Source: Macrostomum lignano (lineage: Eukaryota). From it: a stretch of DNA of 64,000 nt. This document shows, piece by piece, positions 13,666 to 26,306 of this stretch. The notes below the pieces were generated by a model, which was not told the origin of the DNA, did not search any database, and worked only from the letters and a program-made list of their open reading frames with translations. Within the stretch, counting starts at the first letter, position 1. Every line of letters starts with the position of its first letter. The stretch spans positions 13,024 to 77,023 of the forward strand of contig NIVC01003123.1 in NCBI GenBank assembly GCA_002269645.1. The letters are read 5' to 3'. The position numbers and the translations under genes were made by a program.

Positions 13666-14205
13666 ACGGCGTGTTTAAAAAAAGTTTTTAATATGGGCTA
13701 CCGGTTTCGAGCCTCTGGGCTCTTCGTCAGGCCAAAAATTTGTGTGTAATGCAATGCAAGTTGGTCTTTTAAGTATTATTTTTCTTAGTGTGATAAAATT
13801 GATGAGTAGTTGTACATATGAGGGATATACATTTAAAACCCTGTTTTGCCTAGCTCTAACTTGTCCCAGAGGCTTTCCATTGTTCATTTTAATCGACAGT
13901 ATATTTATTATATAGAAATTGTTTTTTTCGAAGTACTATACGATTAGATGGAATGCCGGTATTAAAGGTAGGAGCATAAAAATCGATATTTGTGAGCACA
14001 ATCAAGTAGTTTGAATAAAATAAACGTGAATAAATATTGTACTTCAATAGGGTAAAAAGAGCGCATTGGTTAAAATGATTCAATGGTTTCCTGGCTGAGA
14101 CTTGAACTTATTGGGAGCCAGGAGGCTCTGTAAGTTACGTTGCCGTGTAAATGCGGGTAGTATGCGGGAGCCTGGTTTATTTTGTAGCTTATCAAAGTTT
14201 TAGAG
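13666..14205 (-). mobile_element. AT-rich insert, probable Penelope-like element 3' end / pseudo-LTR fragment
   Basis: Interrupts a purine minisatellite. The minus strand ends in CCTGACGAAG...CGAAACCGGT followed by an A-rich tail, the arrangement typical of Penelope-like element termini. No RT motif is visible. Confidence 0.5.
13696..13733 (-). ncRNA. Candidate minimal type I hammerhead ribozyme (Penelope-associated, dimer-type)
   Basis: Minus strand GGC-CUGACGA-A-GAGCC(CAGA)GGCUC-GAAA-CCG-GUA-GCC: catalytic core boxes, 5-bp stem II, palindromic ACCGGU stem III, 3-bp stem I. Confidence 0.55.
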
Positions 14206-14209
14206 TAGA

Positions 14210-14500
14210 GTGTTAGAGTAGATAGGGGAAGAGGGGAGAGTAGGCAGGGGAAGAGGCGTGAGTAGACATAGGAAGAGGGGAGAGTAGACATAGGAACAGG
14301 GGGAGAGTAGACATAGGAAGAGGGGGAGAGTAGACATAGGAAGAGGGGAGAGTAGACATAGGAACAGGGAGAGAGTAGACATAGGAAGAGGGGGAGAGTA
14401 GACATAGGAAGAGGGGAGAGTAGACATAGGAACAGGGGGAGAGTAGACATAGGAAGAGGGGGAGAGTAGACATAGGAAGAGGGGAGAGTAGACGAGGGAA
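14210..14500. repeat. Purine-rich ~21-bp minisatellite (GAGAGTAGACATAGGAAGAGG)
   Basis: Direct reading. Confidence 0.85.
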
Positions 14501-15659
14501 GAGAGATGGGATAGCTGATGTGAACAGCTGTTTTAAGATCCCAGGATTTTTAAGTTAAATCGGGAATAAAGATCCGCTTAAGCTTTCTTAAGAAGCGCAA
14601 CCGACAAATCCAGGATTAGCGAGAATTAAAAGCACAAAGGTGTCAAAAGTTGACGAAAGACCAAGGGAAAAGTTAATGGGATCATTATTTACACAGGGGG
14701 GGGGCGCTAGTGGGCCTAAACAGAAGGCTGACAAATGGTGCAGAAATTCGGGAAAAGTGTCGATAAAAGAATTAGTAAAGGCCGCAGTGGGCTAGCTGGG
14801 CTTGACACCATATATATATATATAAGCTTCATTTGCCCGCTCCCTCCTACCACTGTGTTGCGGCGGCTGTCAGTAATAAAATAAGCATCGCATTCAGGCA
14901 GTAATGACCCCGGGCGAATGGACCAGCGAGGGAGAGTGTGTGTGTGTGTGTGGGGGGGGGCAAGAGTGGCGTGAGCTGAGAGGCTCTCTGTCAATTTATC
15001 GGGCACTTTGCTAAAATGCAAAATAGCAGCTCGTATAGCAGCTTATTTGACTGTGGAAAATTTTGCTCGCGCTTGAGGTCACAGTTGCTATGCGGAAGAC
15101 GGAAGAATACGGGTTTGAATGCGTGAATGAGAAAGGATAAGTCTCAGGGGAGATTCGGGAGAGAGAACAAGTCTCAGGGGAGATTCTCCAGAGCGGAAAA
15201 GTTCCTACTGCGATTCCCTAAAATTCAGTTCCGGCTACCCTGATGCATGCACGCTGCCCGAGCGCTATCCAGGTAAAGAAGAAGCAGATACGCAGGTAGG
15301 CGGCCTGTCCTTGTTAGCCAGACACGCGCAGGGCCTCTCAGCTTTTTAACCAACGAAGGCATTCCGATGCGTTCGAACTGAAGCGAACGCAGTCTGTTAT
15401 GTCTTGCACTTCATTTTTTGCGAGCGAGAAAGCAAACAGAATTGCTGCATTCTTGTCTGCTTTCAGTTTCTGGCGCAACTGTCCATCCGTGGCGATTAGA
15501 AACCGGTGGGCGGGACCATGGATAACTAAAATTAGCTATCTGGATTGGAAACTTATTGCTGAAATTTAAATTCATCGAAGATGTTAAAGATACAATCAGA
15601 TACAATGAGAAAAATCTGCTCAATGTTTTTCATTGAAAAGGATATTTCAACCTGAAGTA

Positions 15660-16617
15660 AAGATGTGTGTCCGTAGATTCCAAAGCAGAGATGTGTGTCC
15701 GTAGATTCCAGAGCAGAGATGGGTGTCCATGGGAGACTCCAGAGCAGAGATGGGTGTCCATGGGAGATTCCAGAGCAGAGATGGGTGTCCATGGGAGACT
15801 CCAGAGCAGAGATGGGTGTCCATGGGAGATTCCAGAGCAGAGATGGGTGTCCATGGGAGATTCCAGAGCAGAGATGGGTGTCCATAGTGGAGATGGGTGT
15901 CCATGGGAGATTCCAGAGCAGAGATGGGTGTCCATAGTGGAGATGGGTGTCCATGGGAGATTCCAGAGCAGAGATGGGTGTCCATGGGAGATTCCAAAGT
16001 AGAGATGGGTGTCCATGGGAGATTCCAGAGCAGAGATGGGTGTCCATGGGAGATTCCAGAGCAGAGATGGGTGTCCATGGGAGATTCCAGAGCAGAGATG
16101 GGTGTCCATGGGAGATTCCAGAGCAGAGATGGGTGTCCATGGGAGATTCCAGAGCAGAGATGGGTGTCCATGGGAGATTCCAGAGCAGAGATGGGTGTCC
16201 ATAGGGAGATTCCAGAGCAGAGATTGGTGTCCATAGGGAGATTCCAGAGCAGAGATTGGTGTCCATAGGGAGATTCCAGAGCAGAGATTGGTGTCCATAG
16301 TGGAGATGGGTGTCCATGGGAGATTCCAGAGCAGAGATTGGTGTCCATAGGGAGACTCCAGAGCAGAGATGGGTGTCCATAGTGGAGATGGGTGTCCATG
16401 GGAGATTCCAGAGCAGAGATTGGTGTCCATAGGGAGACTCCAGAGCAGAGATGGGTGTCCATAGTGGAGATGGGTGTCCATGGGAGATTCCAGAGCAGAG
16501 ATTGGTGTCCATAGGGAGACTCCAGAGCAGAGATGGGTGTCCATAGTGGAGATGGGTGTCCATAGTGGAGATGGGTGTCCATAGTGGAGATGGGTGTCCA
16601 TGGGAGACTCCAGAGCA
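15660..16617. repeat. 31-bp minisatellite with interspersed 19-bp variant units
   Basis: Unit GATTCCAGAGCAGAGATGGGTGTCCATGGGA; short variant GAGATGGGTGTCCATAGTG. Confidence 0.95.
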
Positions 16618-17639
16618 GAGGGCAGCCCATCCAGATGCTCTATCTAGAGCCCCGTGGCAGGACTTTCGCATGAAAAGAGAGAGTGGGAAGTCAGAGTGAA
16701 TGAGAGAGGAGTCAGCAGTGACGGGGCCTGACCCTTGCCTGGGTATCCCTATGATCCTCTGCGCAGCTCCAGCTAAATCAGATTTCTGCTGCTTGATAAA
16801 ATGGAAAATAGCTAAAGGAGAGAAAGATGAAGAGAGAGAGTTCTGGAGCCTGTGGCCAACACCCTGGGCCGAGATTTTCCCAAGAATTCCCCGCCTCCAC
16901 CTTCCATTCCCCATTCGTTATTCGCCTCCCCAGCAAGCCTTGCTCCGCTGGGATTTCTGGCGAATGTTCATCTGCGTCTCCGCCCCGCAGTGTAGTGTTT
17001 ACCGTTAGGCGCTAATCTTCTCTCCCCCTCTCTGATTTCCAATCTCGGCTTGAGTCACCCTGCGCTTTGCAATGAAACTCGGCAGGTGGATCCGCCTCTG
17101 TCCTTTTCTCTACTGCTAATCTATCTAAAGGCGAAATCGCCTCGCTTCTGGTTTCTGCCCAGTTTTCTGCCCCCCCCCTCCAGGCCCGGAAGCCGGGGCG
17201 GTTCGGTGGCGGGACAGGCGGCCGCCTCTCCAGCGTAAATTCGATCTGTTTTGGCCGCTGCCGGCCCACCCGCCGCCTGTCGAGCAGCAGCCTCGAGGCA
17301 GGAATTGATTTTTTTCTCTTCTAGAAGAAGTCTAGGCCCGGCGTCTCTTCTAGAAATGTTGTGCAGCTTATTGACCTATTCAGAAATGCTCCATATTTTG
17401 CACTTGGCTCATCGATTTGCACTTGATCTGGCCAACAGCAGGTAGCGGCGCTGGGGCTGCAAACAAGCGACAATGAGGACCACTTGCACTATTGCTGGGA
17501 ATATAGGGAGCGGGGGGACTTTGGGAAGGAGGAGGTGCGACCCCATGCGCTTAGCGAATTTGCCTGATTTCGCTATAGTTTGTCTTCGGTTAGCTCTGCA
17601 ATCTGCTTGCTTGCTTCACTAGCTCAATATCGAACTTCG

Positions 17640-18032
17640 AAGAGAGGGAGAAGAGAGGGAGAAGAGAGGTAGAAGAGAGGGTGAAGAGAGGGAGAAGAGA
17701 GGGAGAAGAGAGGGAGAAGAGAGGTAGAAGAGAGGGTGAAGAGAGGGAGAAGAGAGGGAGAAGAGAGGTAGAAGAGAGGGAGAAGAGAGGGAGAAGAGAG
17801 GGAGAAGAGAGGGAGAAGAGAGGGAGAAGAGAGGGAGAAGAGAGGGAGAAGAGAGGGAGAAGAGAGGGAGAAGAGAGGTAGAAGAGAGGGAGAAGAGAGG
17901 GAGAAGAGAGGGAGAAGAGAGGGAGAAGAGAGGTAGAAGAGAGGGAGAAGAGAGGGAGAAGAGAGGGAGAAGAGAGGGAGAAGAGAGGGAGAAGAGAGGG
18001 AGAAGAGAGGGAGAAGAGAGGGAGAAGAGAGG
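17640..18032. repeat. 12-bp repeat (GAGGGAGAAGAG)n
   Basis: Direct reading. Confidence 0.95.
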
Positions 18033-18040
18033 GCTTAAAG

Positions 18041-18425
18041 CAGGAATCGGCAAACTTTTTTGCCTCAAGGGCCATATAAAAAATCCAACTCATGGCTGCG
18101 TGCCAGGTGATAGAGGAAAGGAGAGAGAATAGAAGATGAGAGGCGAGAAGAGAGGCGAGAGATGGAATGAGAGAAGAGCTATGTTGTGGGATAAGAGGAG
18201 AGTAGAAGGGAGAGAGGGGAGGGGAAATGAAAGGAGAAGAGGGAGAGAGGAGAGAAGAAAAGAGGAAAAGAGAGGGAGAGAGGAGATGGGAAAGAACAAG
18301 AGAGGATAGGGAAGAGAGGAGAGGAGTGAAGAGAAACTTAAGCGGGCCGGATTGCTAGTGTGAAGTTTCAAAAGACCTGAGGGCAGGAGAGAGAGGCCTC
18401 GCGGTCCGGACTTTACCGACCCCTG
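18041..18425. mobile_element. hAT-superfamily MITE with 8-bp target-site duplication
   Basis: Left end CAGGAATCGGCAAA, right end TTTACCGACCCCTG (imperfect TIR). Exact GCTTAAAG duplication at 18033-18040 and 18426-18433. Interior largely purine-rich filler. Confidence 0.8.
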
Positions 18426-19103
18426 GCTTAAAGGGACTTTAGGGGGGGGGGGATGAGTTAGAGGGGGATATGATAGAGAGAACAGAAAGGAGAATGGAGT
18501 GAGAGGAGATGAAAGACAGGAGACGGGAGCCAGGAGAAACGGTACGGGAGACAGGGGACAGGGGACAGGGGACAGGAGACAGGTTAGACAGCGGAAGGAG
18601 AGTGGAGTGAGAGGAGACAGGAGAAAGGAGGGGAAGAGAGGTGAGAGGAGGCAGAGGCGACAGAACAGGAGAGTGAGAAAGACAGAGAGAGACAGCAAGG
18701 ACAAGAGAGAAAGCGCAGAGCTCGCAGCGCAATTATTGCTAGTAAACTAGGTTCCGCACAGCCGCAAGCAGCCGTGGGAAGCTCCCATCAATTATTCCCC
18801 AAAGATAAATGCAGGGATAATTCCGCCCTCTCCAAAAAGAATTCTGCAGTCAGTATAAGAGGATGGAGAGTCGTGTCTTTAAAAATGCCACCATATACAG
18901 AAGCCAGAAGTCCCGGCCCAGCTTGTCCCAGTGGCCAACTGTTTATTACGAGATGAAATAAATCCGGTCTCCCACGGACTTATGGCGCAGAAGTGCAACG
19001 CATGTAATAAGAAAGATAGACAGGGGTTGCTAGTTGGAGATGAGCGAAGGAGCTCCGGCAGTTTGTGGACCGATTCGGCGGCATGGATACATAACATATA
19101 ACT

Positions 19104-19479
19104 TTGATGAGAACCCGGGGAAATGAGAGCGGAGCCCAGCGTCACCGGGCATTCCGGACTGGAAACTCACTCGAGCCAGAGGAAATCTTCTTATCTCGAT
19201 GCCAATGCTCTTTACCTACTAGTGCGGAGGCACCTCCTGCCTTATCCCATCGACTTCCCTCCCATCCGAAAAAACTTCACTTGCCCGGATCCCCTTGGAC
19301 AGGCCGCCCCGCCTCGCCCAGCCTATTTTTCTCTCTTCAGCTTGGCAAGCAATCGCAGCTGCTTGTGAATCCCTGGAGTCCTCATCGGTTTGCGTTCCCG
19401 GTTCCCCCCTCTCTCTCTCTCTGTTTTACTGGACGATTTGGCTCACGGACTCAACTGATTCAGAGCAGAGCAAAAGAGG
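19104..19479 (+). other. Possible additional upstream exon of the stomatin gene (coding or 5' UTR)
   Basis: Strong GAGG|GTGAGT donor at 19480 is phase 1 relative to the open frame starting at 19104; the peptide is unremarkable. Confidence 0.3.
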
Positions 19480-19986
19480 GTGAGTGCGGCTGATATTCGG
19501 GAGAGAAACTTGTGCTCCAATCTGCATTGCAACTCGAAGTCCGACTTCTTAATTTGAGCTTAGCAGGGACTGGAACTACTAAAGAGTATACTCAGCAACA
19601 TTGAAAAGCCGCCACTCCATGCGCCAGTGAGCAATTTCTCTTGGACTATTCTGAAATAAAAGATACGAGAAAACTGATCGGGGTAGCTTTAATCCGTCCA
19701 ACCCTCGCACACCGCTCCCCCCACTTCATTCCTCAACTCAAGTCCGCCGAGGCGTCGCTAAGTTGCGTCACTCGCAAAGATTGAGAGACTGACAGAAGAC
19801 GGAATCTTCTGTGATGGTGACTTTCCGATATTGCTGAGTATACATTTCTGCTGCAGAATGGAGGCGCTAAATATTGGAACTCCAGCACCTTTTTCGGTAC
19901 AGTAACTAGCAAAACACACTTGCCACTCCAAGTCACAGTACATCACTACAACATTAAATCAGTATACCATATTTTTGTTAGACTAT

Positions 19987-20301
19987 AGAGGCAGAGGGAC
20001 TGTGTGCACTCTGGCGCACTTTAAGCGAAATTGTCACACAACCGGCGAGAGGCATTACTGCCCATTCCGCCGACTCCTCTGAGCAGTCATACGCACAGGC
20101 ACACACTCACACAGGAGTGTACAGCGGTCCTAACTTTATTTATCGATAGGCATGTACACTTCACTGTGCCTTGGGGGTTGGCACGAGCAGAGCCAAGCCG
20201 AGATTCCAATTTAGCCCCAAATTAATGCGACTGCACTGGGAATCGAGCCTGGGCCGCTGGCACATCGGATCGCCGCGCTAGACCGCTGGGCTACGGCCCC
20301 C
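19987..20301 (-). mobile_element. tRNA-derived SINE family B, copy 1
   Basis: Minus-strand head GGGGGCCGTAGCCCAGCGGTC...GGCTCGATTCCC (A/B boxes); body nearly identical to 22277-22650. Confidence 0.85.
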
Positions 20302-21929
20302 ATCATGCCAATACATCACTGCATCATTACATCGCTACAGAATTATGAGCTACATCATTACACCATTAGCCCATTGCATCGTTTCATCAATATACTTTGT
20401 TAAATAAAGTATAGTTTTTTCAGAGCATTGTGGGTATACTAATTAGCACAGAAACAAAAACGGATTCCTCATCCCAGCCTTCATCTCAGCTCTGTCTTGA
20501 GTTCTGCTGCAAGCCTGCAAGCCACCATCAACGCTGGAAAGAAAAGCGGCTGGACAAGAGCTAGACTCGGCTCTGAGCCCCATCAATCAAGGCCAATGCT
20601 TAGATATACAGCTCTGGTCATCTCCCACCTATCCGGTATCAACTCTGCTACAAGAGGCGCACGCAGGGCTGAAGCAAAGCATTTCCCCCTTCTTTCTCTT
20701 TAATGCTTTCTTCGTTTCCCCTGGGGAGTTGCCTTCTCGGTAATTAGGCCCCACTTCAAATTTCTGTCCCAGACGCTGGCCACCCGCCTCCCCTCCTCGC
20801 CCTGCCCCAGCCGGCTCAGCAGGGCCCGGACAGCCGCCTGCCATCTCCGGTGCATAAAAAGGCGATGATTATCTCGGGAGCTGCGACTGAACAAAAAATG
20901 AGTAACACGAGAGGCAGGCAGCCTCAGACCAACAGTCTGTAATTCAACGATTTTGGAAACTCAGCAGCAAACTGAGAACTGATGATGCATTTATTGCACT
21001 TATTCCGCAGAGCTGAAAAAGAAATGCGACTTTCCCCCCTCTGCCACCCCCCACCTGAAGCCAGCCCCATTAAACTTGCCGCACTCCTAACCGGCGGTCC
21101 TTCTGCACTCCTGTCCGTCACTTTCTGTTAAAACAGCGCCAGTTGCTGCTGCTGTTCCCCTTCCTCTCCTGCCTGCCTCTCTCTTCCTGTCTCCCACTCG
21201 CCTGCTTGGATCCAGAGTGTCAGGACCGCAGATTCCCAAGCCACACAGGGACATAGAGAGGTGAACATTGTGTGTCTAAAAATGTTAAATGAATAGGTTA
21301 TGCCGAAAAGTTACTAGCTAGAGATCAAAAAAATAGAAACTGCGTCTATGCTTTTGCTTCTGCATTTTTTAACTGGACTGTACTTCAAATACTACTAGTT
21401 AATGCTGAATCAGTAGTATCGCGCGGATTAGCATAGACTTTGCAATTCAATACCAAGAAGAAGCTGACGCAGTGAATTTAAGAGAGCTCAGGCAGAAACC
21501 AGGGAGGAGATAGACCGTGAGACAGCGAGGGGACGGAGAGAGAGAGAGAAGATAAGGATAGGGAGATGAAAAAGAAGAAGACTTGTTTTCAGCGTCTACC
21601 GCAGTCCCAGCGGGTTTGAGCCAGTGGCCCTGGTCACACAGCGTCCAGTGAGGGAAGAGAAATTAACACTGACCCTTGCGGTGGAGGGCGAGTGTGCTGG
21701 CTGAGAGGGGCAGGCATAAAATAGGGTCTTTGGAACATCTCGCTGAAGCCGAGAGTGACAGTGCGTGAGAGAGAGAGCCTGGATCTCCGGATGAGAGCAT
21801 GAAGTGGGTTTTTTAACTGCTTCTCAACTTTCCAATGCTCGCAATGAGATGCAGCCGCCGTTTGTGCGTGTCGCTCCCAGCGGTTTCTGCTAGGCTGAAC
21901 CCTGGGTCTTGGGGACGGCTTGGGAAAGC

Positions 21930-22740
21930 AGTTTGGGGTTTGTGTAGTTTGGGGTTTGTGTGGTTTGGGGTTTGTTTAGTTTGAGGTTTGTGTAGTTTGG
22001 GGTTTGTGTAGTTTGGGGTTTGTGTAGTTTGAGGTTTGTGTAGTTTGGGGTTTGTGTAGTTTGGGGTTTGTGTAGTTTGGGGTTTGTGTAGTTTGAGGTT
22101 TGTGTAGTTTAGGGTTTGTGTAGTTTGGGGTTTGTGTAGTTTGGGGTTTGTGTAGTTTGGGGTTTGTGTAGTTTGGGGTTTGTGTAGTTTGAGGTTTGTG
22201 TAGTTTGGGGTTTGTGTAGTTTGAGGTTTGTGTAGTTTGGGGTTTGTGTAGTTTAGGGTTTGTGTAGTTTAGGGTTATTTTTTTTATTAGAGGCAGGGGG
22301 GTTGTGTGCACCCTGGCGCACTTTAGGCGACATTGGCACACAACCGGCGAGAGGCATTACTGCCCATTCCGCCGACTCCCCTGAGCAGGCATACAAGCGC
22401 GCGGATACGTACGCAGTCATACGCACAGGCACACACTCACACAGGAGTGTACAGCGGCCCTAACTTTATATTATCGTTAGGCATGTACACTTCACTGTAC
22501 CTTGGGGGGTTGGCTCTCAAGGCCGTTAATTGCACAAGCGAGCCAAGCCGAAATTCCAATTCAGCCCCAAATTAATGTGGCTGCACTTGGAATCGAGCCT
22601 GGGTCGCGGCACACCAGAGCAGCTGCGCTACCGCTGGGCTACGGCCCCCCTTGTAGTTTAGGGTTTGTGTAGTTTGGGGTTTGTGTAGTTTGGGATTTGT
22701 GAATTTTGGAATCTGTGAAGTTTGAAATCTGTGAAGTTTT
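21930..22740. repeat. 16-bp G-rich minisatellite (TTTGGGGTTTGTGTAG), interrupted by a SINE
   Basis: Units at 21930-22276 and 22651-22740; the 16-aa period in the spurious ORF equals 3x16 bp. Confidence 0.9.
22277..22650 (-). mobile_element. tRNA-derived SINE family B, copy 2, with A-rich tail and ~14-bp TSD
   Basis: Same head and body as 19987-20301; minus-strand tail AATAAAAAAAAT; flanking duplication TGTAGTTTAGGGTT (22263-22276, 22652-22665). Confidence 0.85.
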
Positions 22741-22962
22741 GAGTTTGTGACACCCCGTTCGAAACCCGAGTGATCCTTTTCACTGAAGATTCACTCTCTA
22801 GAACTCCCGGCCTTCGTCCTCAACTCAATCGCCTTGGTCGCCCCGCGGGCTGGCGAGGAGTTCATACAAGAATTCCAGGCAGAGTGGGCGAGGCCCAGAG
22901 ACCTGTGTGTGTGTGTGCGTGTGTGTGGCGAACTTATCTCATTTGGCCAGTCGCTTTGAGCT

Positions 22963-23751
22963 CTCAAGCTTTGAGCTTTTGTCTCGCTTTGGGATCTATC
23001 TGGGCAGACTGGGTGGGAGGGGATGCGATCTTCGTTAATCCCGCGCTGCGATTGCCTTTCTAACCCCCCCCCCCCCAGCAGCTCTCATCGGCTCTATAGG
23101 ATCCTAGTTTTTTAACAGTTGGAGTTCTTTAGACTGTCAGCAACTAGGTTGGATCTTCGCTAAAGCCTGGTAGCCAATACCTGACCGCTGCTCCAACCTC
23201 TCCCCCTCTCTCTCTGCTCTCCTCCCTTCGGGACAGCCGCCGCAGTTGATTGCAATTGAAGCCGCAGCTGCATCTTCGGCTGGAGAAACTGAAACCTCCT
23301 CAGACAGCGGGGTGGGGTGGGGGCAGCTAAGACTGAGAAGCTAAGCAGCTAAGCAGCTGAGCAGCTAAGCTAAGACTCAAGCTTTGAGCTTTTGTCTCGC
23401 TTTGGGATCTATCTGGGCAGACTGGGTGGGAGGGGATGCGATCTTCGTTAATCCCGCGCTGCGATTGCCTTTCTAACCCCCCCCCCCCAGCAGCTCTCAT
23501 CGGCTCTATAGGATCCTAGTTTTTTAACAGTTGGAGTTCTTTAGACTGTCAGCAACTAGGTTGGATCTTCGCTAAAGCCTGGTAGCCAATACCTGACCGC
23601 TGCTCCAACCTCTCCCCCTCTCTCTCTGCTCTCCTCCCTTCGGGACAGCCGCCGCAGTTGATTGCAATTGAAGCCGCAGCTGCATCTTCGGCTGGAGAAA
23701 CTGAAACCTCCTCAGACAGCGGGGTGGGGTGGGGGCAGCTAAGACTGAGAA
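22963..23751. repeat. Near-perfect ~377-bp direct tandem duplication (22963-23339 and 23376-23751)
   Basis: Both copies start CTCAAGCTTTGAGCTTTTGTC and end GGGGCAGCTAAGACTGAGAA; a 36-bp spacer is made of CAGCTAAG fragments. Confidence 0.92.
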
Positions 23752-24800
23752 AAGGTTTCCAATGGGGTCACTGAGGCACACTTTTAAACTAACACCGACT
23801 TTGTTGCACGCGGCAACTCGGTGCTATAAAATCGCCGAATCCCCACAGCAGCCCGTGCACTTTTGTCGGGCCCGCAATCAAATTTCCTTGGCCTCGGTCC
23901 CGAGATAGGGCAGGCTTGACCTCGCAGCGCCGCTAGCAGTCCCTAGAGGGCTTGGCTGATCAAGCATTAGTTCATTGAGCCGGCCATTCAACTGGGGAGG
24001 GGGGGTTAACTTTCGTGTCAATGGGAAAAATGAATGAATAAGGAGGGCGGCGGGTCAGGGCTACTCTCAGCTCCCAGTTCCATAGTTCTGCTGCTAATAG
24101 AAGAGCTTTCACCTCCCATTCTCGGCGCCCATCTAGCTGCCTAGCAAGGAACACGGGAAATTCCAGCATGGAATTTATGCCGATGATGGCGCGGTGCTGA
24201 TGATGATTAAGGAGCTGGGACGAGATGCTGGGAGAGCTGCATAACCGAGAAAAACACACACTGGGAGGAGTCGTGTGGGCGGCCGCCACTTTTCTCTCCC
24301 ACTCCTAGCGGTTGCCGGGCACCCCTGCTCAATACCCTCCCGCCAGCGGGCCCGGCCCCAGCATCTCAGCTCTCAGCCCCTCTATTTGCTAAATCAGTCC
24401 CTGTCCCCGGGCTCCTGGCGTACTCAATCTCCTATCCTGGGGCAGCTCCCCTCCCCCCAGTCCCGACTCTCTACCCCCGCCCCACCCCAACCCCAAGAAG
24501 ATCCCCCACCGACCCTCACTGGCCGTTTGGCAAGGTGGAGGATGGTGGGAGGGCCCGCCGGGGGGCGCCAGAGGAGAGGGCGGAGGCAGCGGTGCTCACA
24601 TAATGACAGCGGGGCCACGGGCGCGGGGGGGGAGAGGTGGACACGAAGAGGGGGAAGAAGACAGCGGCAGCAGCAGCGTGGCCGTTCTTTCGGTCCTTGG
24701 TAGTGAAAGCTGAAAAATAAGATAGGAAGAAATAAAATAGCGAGCGCCAAGCAAGAGGAGCAGAGGAAGGCCAGGACCGAACCAGTAGAGACAGCCCGTG

Positions 24801-24945
24801 ATGAGCGGCGGCAGCACCAAGGCGATTCCGGGCGACGAAGACAACGAAATTATTGAACACTGCGACGGCGAAGGAGCATCCGGCGGCATGGCCGAGAGTT
24901 TTGGCGCAGCTTCCACCACCCCGATGAAGCCTGGCTACGATGTCA
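24801..24945 (+). CDS. Candidate alternative first coding exon C of the stomatin gene (MSGGSTKAIPGDEDNEIIEHCDGEGASGGMAESFGAASTTPMKPGYDV)
   Basis: ATG, 48 codons + 1 nt, GTGAGT donor in phase 1; coding-like composition. Confidence 0.65.
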
Positions 24946-26306
24946 GTGAGTGGCGGGTTTCATTGACTTGAGTCCGCTCTCTAGCCATCCGCTGTTCTGC
25001 AGTACAAATTTAGAATAAATATTTTTATTACGGATTCCGCGACTGGCGGACCCTTCCGACTTCCCTTGGGGAGGCGGGGGCATTTTGGAATGCGATGCGT
25101 TGCCATGACGACCACTGCGGGCCGGGCTCAGTGTGGCTACAAGTTGCAGCGTTGAAAAAACACCAGGGCCTGGCGTCTTCTTGCTCGGGCTTCATCACCG
25201 AAGCTGAGGCTGGGCCAACCCCAACTCAGCCCTCAGATCGATTCCTCAGTTTAGAAATCAGAGACAGCTTGGTGCAGGCATTCACCGAGAATGGCAATCG
25301 ACTGTGGCATTCTTTGTTGCATCAATCTCTCGGCTACGAAACTACCCGTCTTGTAGCCCTAACCCACCTGTACTCGCTCGCCTCTTGCATGCTTTCATGG
25401 GCTGTTATAAATGCATTGCCGAGTAATCTGAGTTCCTCTTTTAGAAGTACTTTCTTCTTCTTTGGAGCCGGGCAGATTCTCAACGGATGCTTTTCTTCAT
25501 CGTCATTTCTAAATTGATTTTTTAGTGCGAAAAAAGCCATTTCTCTACTTAAAGTAGACTGACCGAGTTTGCGTCAAGTTTCAAAATGAACTTGTCGATT
25601 TGTAAAATTAATTAACAAGTAGGGCATTGGCGCCCATCTGGCTATTCGATTACCTGTTCCACGGATTAGGGCCAATTAGAGCTTTGACTTTTATCCTATC
25701 ACAGACTCGAGTCATCTTCATGAAGTCGGATCGAATATAAGACTTCCCCGACTATAATCTGATCGGTCAGGCTTAATCCCGAGGATTAGGGTTATCTGCC
25801 CTCAGTTCGGGATTGGGTCGTCCGAAGTTTTCTTTCCCAGTACCGGGCAAAACATGTCCATTACGTGTCCGCGCCTCGCCCCCCCCCCGAGTCCTCCGAG
25901 CCTGCATTTGATGAGGAGGCAGCTCAGCTCGGCCCGGGGATTAAATTAAGGGCCCAAGGAAGGATTAGGATTAGCGGCTGGCAAACAAAGTGGCATCTGA
26001 AGTGCAGAATTGAATTTGAGAGGCCGAGGAGTCGCTAGGAAAGGCGCTGAGTCTCCACGGAGCCATAAAATGCTGAGTGGCAAGCCGCAGACTCGCAGGC
26101 TGAGATGGGGGAGAGGCAGGGCGGTTGCTCTGTGATGGAGATTGAGCTGGTCGCCCACCGGCTGTGATTGGCTGCATTGAAGCTGAGAATTATCTGAGGG
26201 ACCCTGCTGCTTTTAGAAGAGGCAGAGACTCCGCTTTTGAGTTCCCCCATTCGATTCGGTGGGTTCGCGTCTGCGCTCGATTTCAAGTCTTTTACGGACT
26301 CGCAAT

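Noticed and set aside
21930-22740. Interstitial telomere array
   Set aside because: The unit is 16 bp and only a few units contain TTAGGG.
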